From positions 67,133-131,132 of the forward strand of contig NHDG01000117.1 in NCBI GenBank assembly GCA_002167285.1: a stretch of DNA of 64,000 nt. Direction: 5' to 3'. This DNA is from Planctomycetia bacterium TMED53. Lineage in GTDB: Bacteria; Planctomycetota; UBA8108; UBA1146. A program made the position numbers and the translations under genes. The first letter of the stretch is position 1; each line of letters opens with the position of its first letter. The notes under the pieces were generated by a model, which did not search any database, was not told the origin of the DNA, and saw only the letters and a program-made list of their open reading frames with translations. This document shows, one piece after another, positions 27,330 to 35,157 of the stretch.

Positions 27330-27348
27330 GGAGGTGGGAGGAGGCTCA

Positions 27349-27729
27349 TTGAGGGATCACCGATTTCCCCGATCCGCGAGGATCTGCCGCAAGGGTGATT
27401 TCCAACTGATTTTTGACCAGGGAGTGCGTATGAGCACTCGTCATCTTCGGGGAGTGATTCACGAAGTGGGTCGTGATCGAAGCCGACTCGGTCTCGCTGT
27501 CAGTCGTAAAGTTGGAAATGCTGTGGTGAGAAATCTTCTCAAGCGTCGCTTGCGAGAGATCTTCCGTACTCAGTCTCATTTGGCTCCCAATACGAGAGAT
27601 TTGATTCTGATTCCCCGCCCAGGGTGTGCTGATCTCGATTTTGAGTCTTTGAAATTAGAAGTGGTGGACCTTATTTCACGCCGATTGATTTCGGATCACG
27701 ACGAGACGGGTTCACGAGGAGATCGGTAA
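27349..27729 (+). CDS. rnpA: Ribonuclease P protein component
   Basis: [48 protein letters not shown] 27349 is preceded by GGAGG (27340-27344). Confidence 0.85.
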   Translation: MRDHRFPRSARICRKGDFQLIFDQGVRMSTRHLRGVIHEVGRDRSRLGLAVSRKVGNAVVRNLLKRRLREIFRTQSHLAPNTRDLILIPRPGCADLDFESLKLEVVDLISRRLISDHDETGSRGDR

Positions 27730-27736
27730 AGATACG

Positions 27737-28003
27737 ATGACGCAGCGAAAAGCCGGGAGCCTCTTGGCAAGACTGTTTCTTGGAATGATTCGCTTTTACC
27801 GCTCCGTCATATCTCCTCTTCTTCCTCCACTCTGTCGATTTGAACCGACGTGCAGCTGTTATGCGGCAGAAGCGATTCAAACTCACGGGGCATTTCGTGG
27901 ATTGAGAATGACCATCTGGAGATTATTGAGATGCCATCCGTTTTCGCGGGGAGGGTATGACCCTGTCCCTGCACCTAAGGAAACAAAATCAAACCATCCC
28001 TGA
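27737..28003 (+). CDS. yidD: Membrane protein insertion efficiency factor YidD
   Basis: [33 protein letters not shown]...[16 protein letters not shown]. Confidence 0.9.
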   Translation: MTQRKAGSLLARLFLGMIRFYRSVISPLLPPLCRFEPTCSCYAAEAIQTHGAFRGLRMTIWRLLRCHPFSRGGYDPVPAPKETKSNHP

Positions 28004-28024
28004 AACTGCTATTGAAGAATGGTT

Positions 28025-28045
28025 TATAAAGTATAAAGTATAAAG
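28025..28045. repeat. Three tandem copies of TATAAAG, flanked by the inverted repeat aactgct/agcagtt
   Basis: tataaag at 28025, 28032 and 28039. aactgct (28004-28010) and agcagtt (28044-28050) are reverse complements. Confidence 0.8.
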
Positions 28046-28098
28046 CAGTTGTTGCGGGCGGGGGGGATTGTCCGACCGCACGGGAGGGGAATCGACGC

Positions 28099-28356
28099 TT
28101 GCCCAAACCACCAGCTGGTCAGGTGCCCAGGAAGCTATTCAAGATCGGTGAAGTCATGGCGGCGACGGGCATCTCCCGTCAGACGATCCATGATTACACC
28201 GTTTCTGGCTTCATCGAGGAGGAGGAACGCACTCCCGCAGGGCACCGCCTCTATGCGGAGTGGATCTTCGAGAGATTAGCTAAAATGGCCGAGCTGCAAG
28301 ATCAGGGGAAATCTCTCAAGGAAATCAAGGAACTCATCGACGAGGGGAAAATCTAG
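28099..28356 (+). CDS. MerR-family HTH transcriptional regulator (short, 85 aa)
   Basis: FKIGEVMAATGISRQTIHDYTVSGFI...TPAGHRLY is the MerR HTH pattern. TTG start. Confidence 0.8.
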   Translation: MPKPPAGQVPRKLFKIGEVMAATGISRQTIHDYTVSGFIEEEERTPAGHRLYAEWIFERLAKMAELQDQGKSLKEIKELIDEGKI

Positions 28357-28506
28357 ATGTTCTGGACTGATCCGTCCTTTCTCACCACTGCTTTAATCGT
28401 CGCCCTCGCTATTCAGTGGATACCGGTTCGCAGGGGGCCATCTGTGCCCTCACGGATTCGCTTCTTTTCGGATAAAACCAAGGAGAGGTCCGAGCAGGAA
28501 GATTGA
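28357..28506 (+). CDS. Possible 49-aa single-TM peptide, start abutting the MerR stop codon
   Basis: The ATG immediately follows TAG 28354-28356. MFWTDPSFLTTALIVALAIQWIPV is a hydrophobic helix followed by a basic/acidic tail. Confidence 0.3.
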   Translation: MFWTDPSFLTTALIVALAIQWIPVRRGPSVPSRIRFFSDKTKERSEQED

Positions 28507-28676
28507 AGCCTGTCAGAGTCAGTTTTTCGCAACCTGGCGTTGACACATCTGGGCACTGCTAATGGGCATGATACTATCCTGATGGTGTACCGATTCCCTG
28601 GATTCATTTCCTGGGATTCAATTCTGACAAGGATTGAATTGGAAACTAGTTAAGCCAGTGCTGCGGCAGGAGTCAC

Positions 28677-31550
28677 GTGTCTGACGAAAATTCTCTCTGG
28701 GATTCCATGGGAAAAGTGGGATTTGAAAGCGGGGCTTCCGAAGCTACCGCGGGGGAAGATCTATCGATTCTCCCTGATCGTCACGATATCGCACATCATC
28801 CCTATCGGGCATTTCTTCATCGATTGGAAAAACCGGGGAGATACACCGGCGGAGAATTACACTCCGTCACAAAAGAGGACGCTCAGTTGTCATTCTTGCT
28901 GGCATTCCCCGACGTTTACGAAATCGGTATGAGCCACCTCGGGTTCAAAATCCTTTACTCGCAATTGAATGGCCTTGAGGGAGTGCGTGCAGAGCGGGTC
29001 TATACGCCGTGGATCGATTGCGAAAAAGAACTGCGCAGCCGCAACCTGGAATTGGTGAGCCTGGAGTCCTGGCGAAGAATGAGGGATTTCGACGTCGTCG
29101 GATTCTCGATGCAGTACGAACTGACCTTCACCAACATTTTGACGATGCTGGACCTGGGGGGGATCCCCATCCGCTCCAGTGACCGCGATGACGACTGCCC
29201 GCTCGTCATGGCCGGAGGGCCTGTGGCGTTCCAGCCGGAACCGATGAGCCCTTTCATCGATGCATTCCTGATCGGTGATGGAGAGGGTCACTTCCACAAG
29301 GTGGTCGACCACTGGAAGTCCCTGAAAGAGCTGGGCGTTCCGAGAAGAGATCGCCTGATTCAGATCAGTGGCTTTGACGGGGTTTACGTTCCCTCTCTCT
29401 ACAGTACTCGGGTGGAAGCGGATACCGGCTTTACAGTCGTCGACGCACCTGTCGATGAACGGGTCCCGGCTTCCGTGAAGCGTGCCCATGTTCCGGATCT
29501 GGCCGAGTATCCGTTCCCTGCCAAGTCTCCGGTCCCCAACACGGAGGTCGTTTTTGACCGTGCCAGCATTGAGGTGGCCCGGGGATGCACAGAGGGGTGC
29601 CGCTTCTGCCAGGCAGGCATGATCTATCGTCCTGTTCGGGAAAGACCCCCCGAGGACATCCAGGAAGTGGTTCGCGATGCGGTCAAATGCGGCGGCTTTG
29701 ACGAGGTCTCTCTCACCAGCCTGTCAACGGCGGACTACAGTGCGATTGAACCGCTGGTGAAAAAAATCATGCCGGAACTGCGCGAGAAGAACATCTCTCT
29801 CAGTGTGTCTTCTCTGCGAGCCTACGGCCTGACCGATGAGATGCTGGAAGAGATGTCCAGTGTTCGGAACACTTCCCTGACCTTTGCTCCTGAAGCAGGA
29901 ACGCAGCGGATGCGGGATGTGGTCAACAAAAACATCACGGAAGAAGACATCGCCAAAAGTGCACACCGGATCTTCTCCAGGGGTTGGCGCCGAATGAAAC
30001 TGTATTTCATGATCGGCCTGCCCACAGAAGATGAAAGTGACGTTCGCGGTATCGCTGACACAGGCAAGCGTATGCTCGACATCGCCCGGGAGTATCTCCC
30101 AAAAGGACGAGCTCAGGTGACCGTCTCCGTTTCAAGCCATGTGCCGAAGCCGTTCACTCCTTTCCAGTGGGCTGCGATGGATGATCTTCCAGATATCGAA
30201 ATGAAGCATGATGCCTTGCGGAAATGGACTCGACATCCGGGCCTTCAGCTTCGCTGGCACGATCCGTCGACGAGTCACCTCGAGGGAATCCTCAGCAGGG
30301 GAGACCGGACCATCTCCAATGTCATCGAAACTGCGTGGCGGAAGGGCTGTCGATTCGACGGCTGGTCCGATCGGATGAGGTTTGATTACTGGATGGAAGC
30401 GATCGAGGAGAATGAGATCGACCGCTACCGTTTCCTCGGCACCATTCCCATCGACGCAAGGCTCCCCTGGGACCACCTCGATTGTGGAGTAGAGCCCAAG
30501 TTCCTCAAGCGCGAGTACCAGAGAGCGCTCAAGGATCGGACTTCCCATCCGTGTGGCAAGCCTGGCAAGAGATTGACCCACTACACCAATGTGGAAGAGG
30601 CGAGTGAAGACAAGCGCAGATTGGTTTGTTACGACTGTGGAATTGAATGTGATCTCAGTCAAATGAAAGAAGAGCGCATCGAGTTCCTCGATTTCCTCGA
30701 GGCCAAAGAGAAAAAAGTGGGCAAGGCTTCTTCACAGACGGATGCCGGTGTGGAACAGGTTCGAGAAGAGGCAAAGAAGCGCTTTGCTGCGCGTGCGAAC
30801 CCTAAAATGCCACCAGAGCGAAAAGAGTTGGATCATGCCAGCCATGGATATCGAATCCGATACGCCAAGCTGGGTCGCGCCCGCTACATGAGCCATTTGG
30901 ATCTGAACCGTTTCCTGCCAAGGGCAATTCGAAGAGCCGGGTTCTCTCCGGCATACTCCAAGGGTTTTCACCCGATTCCCCAAATGTCGTTTGGTCCGCC
31001 GCTGCGTTTGGGAATGGCGGGGCTTTCAGAAGTGGTCGATATTCGATTGCAGGAAGATCTCCCAGCAGAGGTGGTTTTTGAGAAGCTCTCTCAGCAGTGT
31101 CCTGACGGAATCGTCATTCGCTCCTTGCATGCTCTGGGTCCTGATGCTCCGAAGCTTTCCATCGTCAGCAACTGGGCTGACATTCTGATCTTTACACCCA
31201 ACCAAGTCGCCGATCGAATCCCGGGTGAAAAACTTGTCCAATTCCTGGACCGCAAGGAGATTCCGGTCGACAGATTGACCAAAAAAGGCAAGCCGAAGGT
31301 GGTCGATATTCGGCCTGGCATCCAAATCCTTGAATGGCTCGAGGAGGTACCAGCAGATGTGGAAGGCCTTCAATCCTGTCAACCAGAGGAGAGATTGCTG
31401 TCGATGCGGATCTGCTTACAGGGTGACCATCTCACCAAGCCTGAGGATGTATTAGTCCAACTGTTTGACGGAGAGTTACCAGTGGGATTACAGGTTGTTC
31501 GCCGTCGCCTACTGCCGGCTCCCAGTTCAAAAAGTTTTATCAGGGTCTGA
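28677..31550 (+). CDS. B12-binding-domain radical SAM protein fused to a DUF2344-type C-terminal domain (957 aa)
   Basis: Radical SAM motif ARGCTEGCRFCQAG (Cx3Cx2C). The N-terminal domain is B12-binding-like. The C-terminal part YRIRYAKLGRARYMSHLDL...GFHP matches the DUF2344 pattern. Confidence 0.85.
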   Translation: MSDENSLWDSMGKVGFESGASEATAGEDLSILPDRHDIAHHPYRAFLHRLEKPGRYTGGELHSVTKEDAQLSFLLAFPDVYEIGMSHLGFKILYSQLNGLEGVRAERVYTPWIDCEKELRSRNLELVSLESWRRMRDFDVVGFSMQYELTFTNILTMLDLGGIPIRSSDRDDDCPLVMAGGPVAFQPEPMSPFIDAFLIGDGEGHFHKVVDHWKSLKELGVPRRDRLIQISGFDGVYVPSLYSTRVEADTGFTVVDAPVDERVPASVKRAHVPDLAEYPFPAKSPVPNTEVVFDRASIEVARGCTEGCRFCQAGMIYRPVRERPPEDIQEVVRDAVKCGGFDEVSLTSLSTADYSAIEPLVKKIMPELREKNISLSVSSLRAYGLTDEMLEEMSSVRNTSLTFAPEAGTQRMRDVVNKNITEEDIAKSAHRIFSRGWRRMKLYFMIGLPTEDESDVRGIADTGKRMLDIAREYLPKGRAQVTVSVSSHVPKPFTPFQWAAMDDLPDIEMKHDALRKWTRHPGLQLRWHDPSTSHLEGILSRGDRTISNVIETAWRKGCRFDGWSDRMRFDYWMEAIEENEIDRYRFLGTIPIDARLPWDHLDCGVEPKFLKREYQRALKDRTSHPCGKPGKRLTHYTNVEEASEDKRRLVCYDCGIECDLSQMKEERIEFLDFLEAKEKKVGKASSQTDAGVEQVREEAKKRFAARANPKMPPERKELDHASHGYRIRYAKLGRARYMSHLDLNRFLPRAIRRAGFSPAYSKGFHPIPQMSFGPPLRLGMAGLSEVVDIRLQEDLPAEVVFEKLSQQCPDGIVIRSLHALGPDAPKLSIVSNWADILIFTPNQVADRIPGEKLVQFLDRKEIPVDRLTKKGKPKVVDIRPGIQILEWLEEVPADVEGLQSCQPEERLLSMRICLQGDHLTKPEDVLVQLFDGELPVGLQVVRRRLLPAPSSKSFIRV

Positions 31551-31775
31551 TTATATAAAAGCGGCATAGCTGGGTGGTGTGTTTCGGATCAATGGTCTCC
31601 ACCCTCATCCGATCCAATCGAGACCTCCAAATAGGTCCACAAAGTGTTTAAAAATTTGTGGTTCCGATATCGTGGTGCGAAGATCCTAATCTGATTCTTT
31701 CCAACTCCTTAAAAATAAACGTGATGATCCTATGCAAGAGTTCTGGGGGACTTCGAGCATGGGGGAAAAGCACAG

Positions 31776-34148
31776 GTGACGATCAGTCAAGAAATTACTG
31801 CAAATATCGCTTTGGATCGCGCAGTTGCCGCGTTAAAGGCCGCAGGCTGTGATCCCAAAAATGCTGATACTCTTCCATATTGCCATAAAGACCTGACCGC
31901 AGGCTCTGAAATGGAGTTCCAGGTCGCGGTGCTGGGATCATGGAAAAATGTTGATCTTCCACAATCCATATTGGGCAGTGATGATCTTACTGACCAAAAA
32001 AAGCGAGTTGCCCGTGGTGAAAGCTCGAGTACTCGCTTGTCCCAATTGGTGGATTTTCTGAAAAACCCTAAGACTTCAGTTTGGGAAAACTCATGGGTTC
32101 GAATCCCGGTGAAAAAAACTTCCAAATCAGTCAATGAAGAGTTTTTGAATGATATGCATTCGGATCGCTTGGATTCAAACAGTGTATTGAGATCTGATCG
32201 GAACATTTTTGAGTTTGAAAAAGACGGCGAGAAGTGGATACGTGTTCCAGTGTCATACCTTCTCAATCTCGCTCTGGCTTCAATTCAGGGTGAATCAATC
32301 CCACAAGTGGAACAGCTCGCGGAAAAACTCAAGATTCATTTTTTGAATGATAACAACTCGCCAGAATCGACTTCTTTTCATGTAATGAATCCAGGCGAGG
32401 CCAGTGGGCGCGGAATTGAGATCGCCAGGGAAGCCTCATTCAGATTTTTGTTCTCGCAACTTCTTGTTCAGTACGCCAATCAAAAATTTGGTTTGTTGGA
32501 GTCGGGGCAAAAAGTTGAGATTTTTTTCCAGCCTCACCCAGCAGAGAACCAAAAATCTCTTAATCGATTGATTTCAGATAATCAGTATCGGGAGCTTTTC
32601 TGCAGTCCATGTCTGTCGGGTTGGCAAAACGGAGAAAAAAAAGCAGCCTATATGAGGTTGTGTCATGAGGTTCTCAGTCGATCACATCTCAACATTATTC
32701 CAAAAATCAAAGACGCTGGAATTCTGAAAAACAATCTTGTCGTATTGCCGAGCACTTCAAGCACATCCCTTTCAAACAATGGCATCCATTTGACACTGGG
32801 TAGCAAATTGTTAACTGAAATGCGTAGTCAGCAATATTCAGGTTTCGGGGCTGAGGAAGAGAAAAGCCTTGTTGATCTGGTATCAAAAGTCGTTGAGCAT
32901 TTTTTAGGTCTTTTTGTAGGTTATATATCAGCTTCTCCCTACCGCCTGGATTTCAAAGATTTCCATCCTGAAGTCGCCCTGGGGTTTCTTCCTCATCAAT
33001 TGACAGGAAAACACCTGCGGATGATCTGGCGTCGTTGGAGAGTGAAAGCAAAAAACAGGTGCTTGGGAAGGACTATGAAACCGTATGGTCCATATTGGAT
33101 AGACCGGATTCGCCAAATTCTCTTCAGGCTTAAAGGGGACCATGTACCAGACTATCGCTTGATTGATTATCCGATTTCATTTTTGAGTACAGAAAAAAAA
33201 TCGTCACAAAATGGTCTACTGGGAAATCACGACCGATTGAAAAGGGACTTGGAAAGAGAAAGTGTCTTTGATAGTCGGATGTCGATGTATTTGCCATTCA
33301 AGCCGCGCTCATATGATTCTCATGGGTTTGTCGGTATTGAAAGTCGGATTCATTCACTGTTCCCCTCATTCAAGCAAGATTTTGCTCTATGTTCAGACCT
33401 GTTGATTCTGCTGACGGCATTTGCTCACCAGCAGATTATTGCAGGGCGAGTTACCCATGATTCCATCCCTGATGACCCGGACTCAGAGAGTGAGCGAAGG
33501 CAGTTGATTTTCGCCTCAGCGCTGGGATTGCCAACCGCCTTCATAAGGCCTCATGGACCTGATTTGTTCATGGGAAGAGTGTTGGCGTACTGCGATGGTT
33601 CTCGAAGAAGTTATCGATACAAAGGAAAAATACGAGTCTCTGTTCAGGAATATTTAAAAGGCTGTCTGAAGTTGATAAAAGTCTCATCAAGTGAACTGAT
33701 CAGTCACTTGGGAATGTCTGAGACCATTCAGGAAATTGAATCAAGAATTGACTACCCACGAGAAAGGAGTAGTGCCGGAAGAATCACGGGTGCTGTCCTC
33801 GAAAATTTACAAGTTTCTTCTCCGATGAATGTGTGTGCGCAGAAGTTTAATCAGGGGCTCGAAGAGTGGTGTCGTGGTGACCTCCGTAATGATCAGTTGA
33901 AGGAGGCATTTGAGGATTTACGAGCGACCTTGATCAGATTAAAGCCCAATGCGGAATTCCAGTCACAAGTAAGTGAACTTGGAAATATCCAGAACCCGTT
34001 GGGATTTGTAGATGAAGTCCAAGAATCGATCGTTCAGCAGGATTGCAGTGAAGACAGGATCGCAACCTTGATTTCATTGATGATTCTGGTTGAACAGTTT
34101 CTGCAAAAAGAATCTGAGAAGCTTGTTGAGAAGGAAAAAGTATCATGA
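31776..34148 (+). CDS. Hypothetical soluble protein, 790 aa, no recognisable family
   Basis: Uninterrupted 2.37-kb frame in an AT-rich segment. GTG start after GGGGGAAAAG. ATGA overlap with the next gene. No TM, P-loop or Rossmann motif seen. Confidence 0.7.
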   Translation: MTISQEITANIALDRAVAALKAAGCDPKNADTLPYCHKDLTAGSEMEFQVAVLGSWKNVDLPQSILGSDDLTDQKKRVARGESSSTRLSQLVDFLKNPKTSVWENSWVRIPVKKTSKSVNEEFLNDMHSDRLDSNSVLRSDRNIFEFEKDGEKWIRVPVSYLLNLALASIQGESIPQVEQLAEKLKIHFLNDNNSPESTSFHVMNPGEASGRGIEIAREASFRFLFSQLLVQYANQKFGLLESGQKVEIFFQPHPAENQKSLNRLISDNQYRELFCSPCLSGWQNGEKKAAYMRLCHEVLSRSHLNIIPKIKDAGILKNNLVVLPSTSSTSLSNNGIHLTLGSKLLTEMRSQQYSGFGAEEEKSLVDLVSKVVEHFLGLFVGYISASPYRLDFKDFHPEVALGFLPHQLTGKHLRMIWRRWRVKAKNRCLGRTMKPYGPYWIDRIRQILFRLKGDHVPDYRLIDYPISFLSTEKKSSQNGLLGNHDRLKRDLERESVFDSRMSMYLPFKPRSYDSHGFVGIESRIHSLFPSFKQDFALCSDLLILLTAFAHQQIIAGRVTHDSIPDDPDSESERRQLIFASALGLPTAFIRPHGPDLFMGRVLAYCDGSRRSYRYKGKIRVSVQEYLKGCLKLIKVSSSELISHLGMSETIQEIESRIDYPRERSSAGRITGAVLENLQVSSPMNVCAQKFNQGLEEWCRGDLRNDQLKEAFEDLRATLIRLKPNAEFQSQVSELGNIQNPLGFVDEVQESIVQQDCSEDRIATLISLMILVEQFLQKESEKLVEKEKVS

Positions 34149-35149
34149 ATCCGCATCAGTTTGTGTGCAGGGAAGACGGTCAGGTAATCACGGAAGAACT
34201 TTTCGGTGATCAAATCGTTCGCTTTCTCTATAGCGAGGCCAGAGAAAAAGCGCCTGCGTTGTTTCAAATGCTGACTGGAGAGCGGGCTTCTGATCTATTG
34301 GGGCTACTGAATTTTGATTTGCCTTTGAGTGCCACTTTTTCCGGAAGCCAACGTTTCTTGAAAGCTCGAGGAGTGGATCTGGAAGAATCCCTGATCTCAG
34401 CGAACGAGATGAAAACTCCCCGGGATTTCTTCGAGAGGAAGATCTGTTATTGGAAATCTCGTCCGATGCCAGAAGATTCTGAAGTTGTCGTGTCTCCTGC
34501 TGATTCCCGAATGATTGTCGGTGGGCTTTCAGAGGTGAGTTATCTGAAGATCAAAGATAAGTTTTTCAAGCTCAATGAGTTGCTTGGCACTGACCGCACG
34601 GACCTTCATACCATCTTCCATGAAGGAGACTTCGCAATATTCAGGCTGACTCCGGAAATGTACCACTGGAATCATGTGCCAGTATCTGGAGTGGTTAGCG
34701 ATATTTACACTCTTGATGGAGATTATCATTCCTGTAATCCAGGTGCCGTTGTCAAAATGGTCACTCCATATTCAGCCAATCGACGAGTTGTGACGATCAT
34801 CGATACTGACGTACCTCATGGTTCGTGGGTCGGAAGAGTGGCAATGGTCGAAATTGTCGCTTTGATGATCGGCGGGATCGATCAAAGGTATTCACAGCAA
34901 AAATATGACAGTCCTACCGATGTTGTTCCTCGAATGTTTCTGAAAAAGGGGCAACCCAAGAGTTTGTACCGGCCCGGAAGCAGTACAGATGTTTTGATTT
35001 TTGAACCGGGCAGGCTTGAATTTGATCAGGATTTGGTCTCATTTCGCAGCCGTTCAGATGTTCAGAGTCGCTTCAATGCATTTGGTGGCCATCTCAATGA
35101 AACTGAAGTGAAAGTCAGGCAGTCCATCGCACGTAAAATAGGGGGGTAG
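34145..35149 (+). CDS. Phosphatidylserine decarboxylase family (pyruvoyl-dependent) protein
   Basis: FFERKI..W..RP, VVSPADSR, FRLTPEMYHWNHVPVSG, NRRVV, MIGGI, and the putative self-cleavage site YRPG-SSTDVLIFE (34976-34984). Confidence 0.8.
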   Translation: MNPHQFVCREDGQVITEELFGDQIVRFLYSEAREKAPALFQMLTGERASDLLGLLNFDLPLSATFSGSQRFLKARGVDLEESLISANEMKTPRDFFERKICYWKSRPMPEDSEVVVSPADSRMIVGGLSEVSYLKIKDKFFKLNELLGTDRTDLHTIFHEGDFAIFRLTPEMYHWNHVPVSGVVSDIYTLDGDYHSCNPGAVVKMVTPYSANRRVVTIIDTDVPHGSWVGRVAMVEIVALMIGGIDQRYSQQKYDSPTDVVPRMFLKKGQPKSLYRPGSSTDVLIFEPGRLEFDQDLVSFRSRSDVQSRFNAFGGHLNETEVKVRQSIARKIGG

Positions 35150-35157
35150 GGCCGATC

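Noticed and set aside
28540-28577. Perfect TTGACA -35-like hexamer upstream of the radical SAM gene
   Set aside because: No acceptable -10 hexamer sits at 16-19 nt spacing; candidates lie at 12 nt or 26 nt. I therefore did not call a promoter.
32750-32800. NNGIHLTLGS in the 790-aa protein, reminiscent of the glutamine-synthetase/carboxylate-amine-ligase NG.G.H.H.S region
   Set aside because: It does not fit the published pattern when checked residue by residue, and no other GS-fold motifs were seen. The similarity is too weak to support a family call.
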